Assembly: GCA_018653315.1 (NCBI GenBank)
Contig: JABIAL010000009.1
Span: 1 to 61,049 of the forward strand
Source: a bacterium
Lineage (GTDB): Bacteria; Patescibacteriota; Patescibacteriia; UBA1558; GWA2-36-10
Reading direction: 5' to 3'
Length of the DNA stretch: 61,049 bases
The notes under the pieces were generated by a model, which did no database searches, was not told where the DNA came from, and saw nothing but the letters and a program-made list of their open reading frames with translations. The position numbers were made by a program, and so were the translations under genes. This document shows, piece after piece, positions 48,973 to 56,483 of this stretch (its first letter is position 1; every line of letters begins with the position of its first letter).

Positions 48973-49191
48973 ATGTCCGAAAAAACAGAAAATATCTTGG
49001 ATGATTCTAAGATCAAAACAGCGCTTGCAGAAACTGAAAAAGACCAAGCGATCAAAAAATTACGTAAATTTTCTCCTGAACTTCGCCGAAGAAAGGGAGA
49101 GGCCGTACAGTTCGATCTATTGGTGACAAATGAAAAACTTCTTGAAATGCGCAGTACATCTCGCGAATTTCGCCGGAGAGAATTAGACTAA
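48973..49191 (+). CDS. 72-aa charged hypothetical protein
   Basis: TAGGAGG SD, own promoter, and terminator GCTCCC..GGGAGC plus TTTTT at 49212-49247. Confidence 0.55.
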   Translation: MSEKTENILDDSKIKTALAETEKDQAIKKLRKFSPELRRRKGEAVQFDLLVTNEKLLEMRSTSREFRRRELD

Positions 49192-49277
49192 GCACATTAG
49201 TCATCAAATATGCTCCCAAAGACAACAAAGTCTGCGGGAGCTTTTTATTTTACCTTATTATGCTACAATAATATTAT

Positions 49278-50069
49278 ATGACACAAAAATTAAAAAGCTA
49301 CAAAAAATATTTAGAGCAAAAAAAGCTACAAGCTAAAACTATCAAGATATACCTATGGCATCTTGAACAATTTTTACAGTGGCAGGGAGATAAAAAAAAT
49401 ACTAGTGCTAATTACAAAAAATATTATGGGTATTTATTAAAAACTTATCCCAAAGTAGCTACTATTAACTTAAGATTAGTAATTTTAAATGCCTGGTTTA
49501 AATTTAAAAAAATAAATTGGCAATTTGATCTACTGACAGCTGAAAAACAAAACATAGAAGTCTTAGATAAGAACCAATTGAAACAATTTCTAGATGCCCC
49601 TCTAAAAAATAAGAGCTTGCTGGGTTTGCGGGACAAGATATTATTAGAACTTGGTTATTGTACTGGTCTTAAAGTTGGCCAGCTAACTCAAACTAAAAAA
49701 AGTGACCTAAATCTAGAAAAAAATATCCTCAAACTAAAAAAAATAGAAGCTTCAATATCTACTACTACAAAATTTTATCTTTTAAAATACTTGGCTCAAA
49801 GATCAGATGAAAATCCTTATTTATTTATCAATTTTGATCGAGCACAAAAAGGTGCTAATAAACACTTACCTATATCTATTCGTTCAGCCGAAAGAATTTT
49901 GGAAAAATATGCTAGAACGATGCAACCAATTTTAAAAATTACTCCACAGACACTACGACATACTCTAGCCTACAATTTAAAACAAGAAGGTGCATCGATA
50001 GCAGCAATTCAACATACATTGCACTTTGCTACTAAACAGGCAGCTGAAGAATATTTCAAAAAAATATAG
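49278..50069 (+). CDS. tyrosine recombinase (XerC/XerD-like)
   Basis: 263 aa. SAM-like N-domain. LRHTLAYNL (R-H box) and HTLHFATKQAAEEY (His / catalytic Tyr region). Confidence 0.8.
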   Translation: MTQKLKSYKKYLEQKKLQAKTIKIYLWHLEQFLQWQGDKKNTSANYKKYYGYLLKTYPKVATINLRLVILNAWFKFKKINWQFDLLTAEKQNIEVLDKNQLKQFLDAPLKNKSLLGLRDKILLELGYCTGLKVGQLTQTKKSDLNLEKNILKLKKIEASISTTTKFYLLKYLAQRSDENPYLFINFDRAQKGANKHLPISIRSAERILEKYARTMQPILKITPQTLRHTLAYNLKQEGASIAAIQHTLHFATKQAAEEYFKKI

Positions 50070-50073
50070 CACA

Positions 50074-50370
50074 ATGTCTAATAAATACGCCAAATTAAAT
50101 AAACCACAAGCTGAATTTGATTTTCATAATTCAGGTATTTTAAATAGACCTGAAATTATTAAACTAACTGATGAATTTATTAAACAAGCCATAGAAAATG
50201 ATTATAAACTAATAAATTTTATTGTGGGCCAAGGCAAACATTCAAAAAACGGAGCTATTATTAAGCCATTACTACAAAAATATTTAAGCTCTCATCCTCA
50301 AGTAAAAAAAATACAGCCTGGCAAATTTGCTCAAGGCGGTGAAGGTGTTTTAATAATTGACCTAATTTAA
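50074..50370 (+). CDS. Smr-domain protein
   Basis: Start re-set to the ATG at 50074. FDFHN... and VGQGKHS motif typical of Smr. Confidence 0.7.
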   Translation: MSNKYAKLNKPQAEFDFHNSGILNRPEIIKLTDEFIKQAIENDYKLINFIVGQGKHSKNGAIIKPLLQKYLSSHPQVKKIQPGKFAQGGEGVLIIDLI

Positions 50371-50408
50371 ATATAAAATAATTTGAATAAAAAACCTAGT
50401 TTTGTCAA

Positions 50409-50446
50409 TAAAATTTAAACCCCCATCTTCTTTAGAAGACGGGGGT
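50409..50446 (-). terminator. intrinsic terminator closing the high-GC block
   Basis: Minus strand CCCCCGTCTTC-TAAA-GAAGATGGGGG (one mismatch) followed by TTTAAATTTTATT. Confidence 0.65.
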
Positions 50447-50462
50447 AATGTTGTTTTGTTCG

Positions 50463-50594
50463 CTATATTCTCTCAAACGGAAAGAAAAGCGCAAAGATTA
50501 TACATCCAGCACAGACTAATGCGGAAATCATGTAAGATAACACCTTCTTTCGGAATACCTTATCCGAACGAAAGCGATTTTTAAAATCGCTCAT
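50463..50594 (-). CDS. 43-aa single-TM peptide
   Basis: AGGAG 8 nt before the ATG at 50594. MSDFKNRFRSDKVFRKKVLSYMISALVCAGCIIFALFFPFERI. Confidence 0.5.
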   Translation of the reverse strand: MSDFKNRFRSDKVFRKKVLSYMISALVCAGCIIFALFFPFERI

Positions 50595-50604
50595 TGGAAT
50601 TCTC

Positions 50605-50943
50605 CTACATAAGTAAAGCAAAAACAATGCATGTGGCCATAGCTGTCCCATAGATGATCTTATCAAAGGTCGCCTGACTCATTAAGACTGGATACTGTTC
50701 AAAAAACTCCTTCTGCACGTTCTGGGGCAGAGAAGCAAAATCACATTTCCGGTCAAGAAGAGCCTTTATGGTCTCAATATCCTCACTAGACATATCTGCC
50801 AGCAGAATACGTACACTGCAATCACCCTCGTGAACAATGTCATTTTCTGAATTGACAAAATGTTCACTGCTGATGTTAGTCTGAGCAAACACTTGCCCGA
50901 CAGACATAGCCAAGAGGATTAGTAAACACAAAATGGACTTCAT
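50605..50943 (-). CDS. 112-aa secreted hypothetical protein
   Basis: Signal peptide MKSILCLLILLAMSVGQVFAQ. AAGGAG SD. Confidence 0.65.
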   Translation of the reverse strand: MKSILCLLILLAMSVGQVFAQTNISSEHFVNSENDIVHEGDCSVRILLADMSSEDIETIKALLDRKCDFASLPQNVQKEFFEQYPVLMSQATFDKIIYGTAMATCIVFALLM

Positions 50944-50991
50944 AATAATTTCTCCTTACCTCATTTTTCAGAGATAGAGTTCTGGATTGCC

Positions 50992-51726
50992 TTAGGCAAA
51001 CCAAGTATAATAGGCTATCAGGACCACGCAACTAGCGATACTTGCTGCTGCTGCTCCACCAGGACCACCAAGACCTAGTCCTAAGCCATCACAACCAATA
51101 ACAAAACCTGCTTCACCTAGTCCGTTTAGTTGTTCAACTTCTTGCCAAACATAAAAACTGGAAACTAGAAGCTCAACTTGAATCATTAATTGCTCGTGCT
51201 CACCATTGATGACATTCAGGCTATTGGCAAAATCAGAGACCGCTATTGAAAACGTGTCAATTGACCAATTTTCTACAACAGCTTGATCTATTGTCGACTG
51301 AAAGTCACGCATCGGGTTTTCATCAGACCCAACCATTTTCATCAACCCCTCGGTTTCTTCAATGGTTAAGAAATCATGATTATACCGCTTGTAGAATTCA
51401 TCGCCAATGTACTTCCAAGCCTCATCTGGCTTCATCGTTTTTTGATCGATCTGCTTCTCGATATAAGGCAGCGCTTGATCAAATAACCAGGGATAAAAAT
51501 CCAAACACGTTTGCGTGTGGACCTGTCCCCACTCTTTTTGCTTGACACAACCTAATTGATCAAAGCAACTGTTCTCATCTGTAATGAAAGACTGAACAAT
51601 TTCTCCCGAAGATGACTGTTTATCCGATGAAACCGGATTTGAACAGCCATAAAAAATGGCCATTAGTCCACCTACAATGGCAAGTAATGCGCCCCATTTT
51701 TGGAACGATTTGTTTGGGGAATCCAT
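50992..51726 (-). CDS. 244-aa exported protein (possible lipoprotein) with Gly-rich C-terminal hydrophobic tail
   Basis: N-terminus ..LLAIVGGLMAIFYGCSNP. C-terminus LGLGLGGPGGAAAASIASCVVLIAYYTWFA. AGGAG SD. Confidence 0.65.
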   Translation of the reverse strand: MDSPNKSFQKWGALLAIVGGLMAIFYGCSNPVSSDKQSSSGEIVQSFITDENSCFDQLGCVKQKEWGQVHTQTCLDFYPWLFDQALPYIEKQIDQKTMKPDEAWKYIGDEFYKRYNHDFLTIEETEGLMKMVGSDENPMRDFQSTIDQAVVENWSIDTFSIAVSDFANSLNVINGEHEQLMIQVELLVSSFYVWQEVEQLNGLGEAGFVIGCDGLGLGLGGPGGAAAASIASCVVLIAYYTWFA

Positions 51727-51924
51727 GAGAATTCTCCTCTTCTTAATTAATATTTAACTAGAGCTAGTAGTGCATGAACTAGTTAATATTGCCAAAGCAA
51801 TATAGTTGATTTATTGACCAGCTTAAAAAATGGTCAAGTTTTGTATTTAGAATGAAATGAACATAATAATTTAACTTACTCCCATGTACTAAATCTGTCA
51901 ATATATAACAAAAAAATAATAAAA

Positions 51925-51962
51925 ATATAAAAAATCCCGGTCCCCTCCTTAAGAGAACCGGG
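51925..51962 (-). terminator. intrinsic terminator inside the block
   Basis: Minus strand CCCGGT-15 nt-ACCGGG followed by ATTTTTTATATTTTT. Confidence 0.65.
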
Positions 51963-51981
51963 TGTTTATATGACCTAACAT

Positions 51982-53010
51982 TCAAGGCACGTATGCATAG
52001 ACATGCGCGCCGCCAATGAAGTAGATAATGCCTTCATCGTAACAAGGTGCAGATATCGCCTCATCCTCAGGAGAATACTCAAAATTTATTTCACCTGATT
52101 GTTTAAAGTACCCTCGAATACGTGAAGCAAATCTCACAAAAAACTGATCAGTGTCTGATACCAAATCATACTTGGTGCCATTTCGAACTGTCCAGATGAT
52201 TTGATTATTGTTCAAATCAATTTTTGTAATTGTCTCTGGAGCACTGAGATAAAGACAATCATCTTCAATGATAGGACTTAATTGAGGATGACTATAGCCA
52301 TTGTAGCGATGAAGCTCGAGCCCTGTTGTCACTTCATAAGCCACAGTAGAGCTCGGATTTTCACTGACAAACACCTTGCCGTCATAGAATGCTGGTTTTG
52401 ATACAATGCCTGAAGTTTCGTTACTCCAGAGAAGTACACCATCAACCAAGCAAGTCAAATGTCCAGAAAAAGTAGCTGGACTGTACGAACAAATGAAGAC
52501 TTTGTCCTCATGAGCAGTTGCTGAAATAACATTTTCACCACTGATCATGAAATAACTAGCAAGTTGTCCAGTCTCAAGATTAATCTGGTAGTAAGCGCCT
52601 GAGGCTGTTCCAAAGTGCAAATACTCAGAATCAATCGAGAGATGACGAACATCCGTGGTGGATGCTGTTTGAAACTCCCAAACAATCATGCCGGTTTCAA
52701 GATCCACTTTGTAAACTTCTCGTTTGCCACAATAAAATGCATAGTTGTCATATTGTGGCACAGTGTAAGTGACAGCTCTGCCATCCTGTAATTTCAAACT
52801 CCATTCAACATGCCCTGAATCCTTGTCTAATGCCCAGAGGGAATCAACAAGTTGTACAACGACCAAATCATTGTATATGATCGGCGGAGTTGAATTGTAA
52901 GAATTCAAAGGAATCGACGTCTGCCATCCTTTGTCCTCATTACTACTAGTAGGCCCACTACAGGAACATACTTGGAGTAGTAATAAGAACATGGGAATAA
53001 ACCATTTCAT
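51982..53010 (-). CDS. PQQ/BamB-like beta-propeller repeat protein, exported
   Basis: Start re-set to the ATG at 53010 (MKWFIPMFLLLLQVCSCSG), which overlaps the upstream stop as TAATG. Repeated motif: hydrophobic strand + W (VEWSLKL, IVWEFQT, LLWSNET, IIWTVRN). Confidence 0.7.
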   Translation of the reverse strand: MKWFIPMFLLLLQVCSCSGPTSSNEDKGWQTSIPLNSYNSTPPIIYNDLVVVQLVDSLWALDKDSGHVEWSLKLQDGRAVTYTVPQYDNYAFYCGKREVYKVDLETGMIVWEFQTASTTDVRHLSIDSEYLHFGTASGAYYQINLETGQLASYFMISGENVISATAHEDKVFICSYSPATFSGHLTCLVDGVLLWSNETSGIVSKPAFYDGKVFVSENPSSTVAYEVTTGLELHRYNGYSHPQLSPIIEDDCLYLSAPETITKIDLNNNQIIWTVRNGTKYDLVSDTDQFFVRFASRIRGYFKQSGEINFEYSPEDEAISAPCYDEGIIYFIGGAHVYAYVP

Positions 53011-55169
53011 TATGGCCTCCAAAGTTGGACCGTTTCGTAGATGTCCTGATTAAATGCCGTTGACCGTGTTGCACTCAAATGATCAACTGCGTCAATCGGC
53101 CATCCATCACCATAGTCTTGTTCAGATGTACGTACAATCCCATCGTTTTCATGATAGATTACCTCCACCACAAGATCATACCTATAACATCTGTACAAGC
53201 CATTACAGCCACCCTCTTCATCGCAGCACCATAGAATCGAACCATCTTGTTCGACGGTTGATTCACAATAAAACTCACGAGCAGGTGGTTCAGGTTGTGC
53301 TGCATAACAAGTGGGTTGCACAGTACAATAAAAACACGTGCCTGGTGCATGATAAGTGTAGAAGGGTTCAGTTCTTGTTTCTTGCCAAACACCTTCAACA
53401 ACATTATCTCTCCAACGAGATTCAAGTTGTTCTAGATCATGACGTAGTGAATTAATTGGGTCAATCCAGGTCCAAGTTTCACAGTCATCAATCCAATCAT
53501 TCCAATTGGACTGAATCGTATTAAAATTGGAGGTTCTGATGTTGTCCATTTCCTCTAAAGGATATGGAAACTCATAGTTTGTGGTTGCTCCTGCCCAAAG
53601 ACCTTTGACTGGATTACTTCGGTCAAAAATTGCCTTTAGTGTCCTATGAGGAACTGCGGTCGTGTCGGAATTCAAATCTGCGATAAAATCTGAATCCGGC
53701 CTAAGATCGGGGATCGAACCGCAATTGAGAATGTATCCAATCTCTGATCTCATTGATCCAAGATTTGAACTAGCGTCAGAGAAGACATCTGTCACCCAAC
53801 CAAACCAGTTATCACAGGAATTCAAGCTTGAATTGAGATCATCGAAAATCCACATAGCGTAATCAACATTCTCAGACTTCGCTACAGGAGATCCTTGTTG
53901 TGGAGAAGCAAGCACTAGTATCTGCGAGAGAATATTACTTTGTGCAAGCGCTCTTCCGACTAATCCTCCTTGAGAATGACCTATGCCCATCCACTGGATT
54001 GCTCCAAATTGACTCATCCTAGATACGAGTGAGTCTATCATTTGTGGCACTGTGAAATCATGTGGCATAAATGGACGATATACAATATCGTCCGTAAAAT
54101 TCTCTTGGATGAAAAACTCTAAAGGATCCAAAACGGATGGGCTACTTGAGAGTCCATGCAAGAGAATAAATCCTTGTGGTGAGGAAACATGACATTGGCT
54201 ACATGAAACCTGCTCTCTCAGATGCACTGGCATGGCAACGGAAAAATCTTCAGCATACCGTCTGACTGGACAATTACTCAGTATTGGTTCTGTTTCGAGA
54301 GGGAATTGAGGCATGGCCGATATTGAAACGTCAGGGTATTCATCTGGAACCACATTAATAGTGATCTCTGGGTTAATAACCCAATCCGAATACTCTTCGC
54401 GTATCAATTGATGTAAGCTATCGGCTCTGTATTCCAAACGATTTACGTGCCAAAGAACTGGTACGCCTCCGACATACTGCCAAATAAATTCCGTCTTGAA
54501 AGTTTTTTCACCATACTGGGAGGTTCTGTGAGTTAATAAAGTTGTAGCAACATCAACCACTAGAGTGTCAGTGACATTCGAGATGATGTATTTATTACCC
54601 GCATCCTCCACCGACCAACCATTGGCATCAGCCCAGGACAAATAGTCAAAGCTCTGTCCAAGAAATTGAAAATAACCATTATCGATATTACTCGACGGAT
54701 CACCGTTGAAAGTGGTGATTGACTTCTTGGACTCGAAAACTTGATCCTTCCAAGTTAATTTAGTGTTGTTCTTAACGACGAATTCCCGATCAGATCTGAT
54801 CATACGATAGGCCTGCTCCAATCCTTCTCGTTCGACTGTTACATAGCAACTATCGATATACAAACGCCCATTCTCCGGCATGAAGGTGGTACGTTTAGCA
54901 GTGATCGAAACAAAGTTCTTAACAGGAATAACCCGAAAGAACATTTGATTACCTTGCATCGGCCAAGTGTAAGAATTAGTGGTCACTACCACTTCCTCAT
55001 AGATACTGAAATCATGGGAATTTAAACTAGATTGAACCAAATAGTGGTTCGCACCAGGTTCAACATCCCAATTAAGAATTGCGTTGTTGCTCTGAACGTC
55101 AATCTGAAGCACCGCTTCAGATGTAACACACCAAAACAACAAGATGATAGCGGAAATGAGGTTTCTCAT
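53010..55169 (-). CDS. secreted multi-domain alpha/beta-hydrolase (lipase/esterase-type) with Cys-rich C-terminal module
   Basis: 719 aa. Signal peptide MRNLISAIILLFWCVTSEA. Oxyanion-type ILLHGL, nucleophile elbow GIGHSQGG. C-terminal CFYCTVQPTCY..FYCES..WCCDEEGGCNGLYRCY. Confidence 0.7.
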   Translation of the reverse strand: MRNLISAIILLFWCVTSEAVLQIDVQSNNAILNWDVEPGANHYLVQSSLNSHDFSIYEEVVVTTNSYTWPMQGNQMFFRVIPVKNFVSITAKRTTFMPENGRLYIDSCYVTVEREGLEQAYRMIRSDREFVVKNNTKLTWKDQVFESKKSITTFNGDPSSNIDNGYFQFLGQSFDYLSWADANGWSVEDAGNKYIISNVTDTLVVDVATTLLTHRTSQYGEKTFKTEFIWQYVGGVPVLWHVNRLEYRADSLHQLIREEYSDWVINPEITINVVPDEYPDVSISAMPQFPLETEPILSNCPVRRYAEDFSVAMPVHLREQVSCSQCHVSSPQGFILLHGLSSSPSVLDPLEFFIQENFTDDIVYRPFMPHDFTVPQMIDSLVSRMSQFGAIQWMGIGHSQGGLVGRALAQSNILSQILVLASPQQGSPVAKSENVDYAMWIFDDLNSSLNSCDNWFGWVTDVFSDASSNLGSMRSEIGYILNCGSIPDLRPDSDFIADLNSDTTAVPHRTLKAIFDRSNPVKGLWAGATTNYEFPYPLEEMDNIRTSNFNTIQSNWNDWIDDCETWTWIDPINSLRHDLEQLESRWRDNVVEGVWQETRTEPFYTYHAPGTCFYCTVQPTCYAAQPEPPAREFYCESTVEQDGSILWCCDEEGGCNGLYRCYRYDLVVEVIYHENDGIVRTSEQDYGDGWPIDAVDHLSATRSTAFNQDIYETVQLWRP

Positions 55170-55345
55170 GTCTCAACCCTTTCAAAATTATGAAGATTGT
55201 CTTTTTCTTCAACAGTTTCAAGCTCAGTTTTTGCAATATTCAAAACAGATTCCTTTCAAATCTGCATCATTTTTGTTAAGTCATATAGACAGTCAAGAGC
55301 ATGTAAGCTCAGCTGTCATTTATCAAAGATCTATTTTAACATCAT

Positions 55346-55374
55346 AACATACCAAAAACACACTATTTTGTCAA
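55346..55374 (-). promoter_or_regulatory. candidate sigma70 promoter for the block
   Basis: Minus strand TTGACA (55374-69), 17-nt spacer, TATGTT (55351-46). It would give a ~170-nt leader. Confidence 0.4.
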
Positions 55375-55409
55375 ACTAAAAAATAACCCTAATAAATAAG
55401 CTTATAATG

Positions 55410-55440
55410 AAAAAACACCTTTAATTTAGGTGATTTTTTA
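55410..55440. terminator. bidirectional A-run/hairpin/T-run terminator
   Basis: AAAAAA-CACCT-TTAATTT-AGGTG-ATTTTTT. A near-identical element occurs at 60441-60475. Confidence 0.55.
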
Positions 55441-55461
55441 TTGCTTATCAAATTTTTTATT

Positions 55462-56178
55462 TTAAAATATAAAATCTGCTAGACGCCCGACTAAATATCC
55501 AGCTACTGAAGCCAGTCCACCTAAAGCCGCCATTTGTAGAGCTGATTTCCACCATTTTAATTTAGTGAATTTAGTAGTAAAAGCTCCTAAAATAAATAAA
55601 CCGAATAAGGTAAACATAATCGCTCCATATTGAGCCTGAATGATCGGCAAAAATAAATAAACGGAAACAGGAAAGGCGCCACCAATAATATATGAAAAAA
55701 ACATTACTATCGCTCCTTGACTCGGATTAATATCTTTATTAATATCAATATTTAATTCTCGATAAGCCATTTCTCTAAGCATTAAATCGTGATCCTTGGC
55801 TGCTACCTCGGCCATTTTTATAGCCATATCTTTTGGCCAACCATCTTCAATATACATTTCAGCTAACTCTGCTCGCTCCGCTTCGGGGTATTTTTTGACC
55901 TCAATTTCCTCTTCATATAGTTTACGCTTTTCTAATTGTTTGACCGAGTGATTGGAAATATATGAACCAACTCCCATAGAAATAGATTCGACAGCTACTA
56001 CTACTAACCCAGCAACAATAACTATTTTATGATCACCAGTACCGGCAGCAATTCCTGTCACTGCCCCTAAAGTAGAAACCATTCCATCTTCCATCCCAAA
56101 AATCAGCTCTCTGATATTTTCAGATAACTTAGAATCTTGATGATGCACAAAATCTTTACGAAAAGGTATTGGTTCCAT
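55462..56178 (-). CDS. VIT1/CCC1-family iron/manganese transporter
   Basis: Start re-set to the ATG at 56178. GMEDGMVSTLGAVTGIAAGTG and C-terminal TM bundle typical of the VIT family. Confidence 0.75.
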   Translation of the reverse strand: MEPIPFRKDFVHHQDSKLSENIRELIFGMEDGMVSTLGAVTGIAAGTGDHKIVIVAGLVVVAVESISMGVGSYISNHSVKQLEKRKLYEEEIEVKKYPEAERAELAEMYIEDGWPKDMAIKMAEVAAKDHDLMLREMAYRELNIDINKDINPSQGAIVMFFSYIIGGAFPVSVYLFLPIIQAQYGAIMFTLFGLFILGAFTTKFTKLKWWKSALQMAALGGLASVAGYLVGRLADFIF

Positions 56179-56247
56179 AAATACATTATAACAAAAAAAT
56201 GAAAGAAAAGAAAAAAGCACCACCTATAAATAGACGGCGCTTATTAG

Positions 56248-56333
56248 TGCGCACGACAGGATTCGAACCCGCGGCCTCCTGCGTGTCAGGCAGGCGCTCT
56301 ATCCTATAGTAATCAACTCTGAGCTACGCGCGC
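56248..56333 (-). tRNA. tRNA-Val, anticodon GAC, with ~21-nt D-loop; no encoded CCA
   Basis: Hand-folded: GCGCGCG-TA-GCTC-AGAGTTGATTACTATAGGATA-GAGC-G-CCTGC-CTGACAC-GCAGG-AGGCC-GCGGG-TTCGAAT-CCTGT-CGTGCGC-A (86 nt). Confidence 0.7.
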
Positions 56334-56340
56334 AAAAAAA

Positions 56341-56411
56341 CGGAGGTAGATGGAATCGAACCAGCGATGAAGGTTTTGTAGACCTCTGCCTTGCCACTTG
56401 GCTATACCTCC
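56341..56411 (-). tRNA. tRNA with Cys-type body and anticodon ACA; no encoded CCA
   Basis: Hand-folded: GGAGGTA-TA-GCC-AAGTGGCAA-GGC-A-GAGGT-CTACAAA-ACCTT-CATC-GCTGG-TTCGATT-CCATC-TACCTCC-G (71 nt). One C-U mismatch in the T-stem. Confidence 0.65.
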
Positions 56412-56483
56412 GAAAAGAACTAAACACAAAAATTATATTAACAGACGATTTTTTATGTGTCAATAACTAATAATCTATATAGC

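Noticed and set aside
50401-55380. Shared TTTTGTCAA 9-mer near both borders of the high-GC block (about 50400-50408 and 55366-55374) as att-type direct repeats
   Set aside because: The match is short and AT-rich, and it coincides with TTGACA -35 boxes read on the minus strand. That is not enough to call integration sites.
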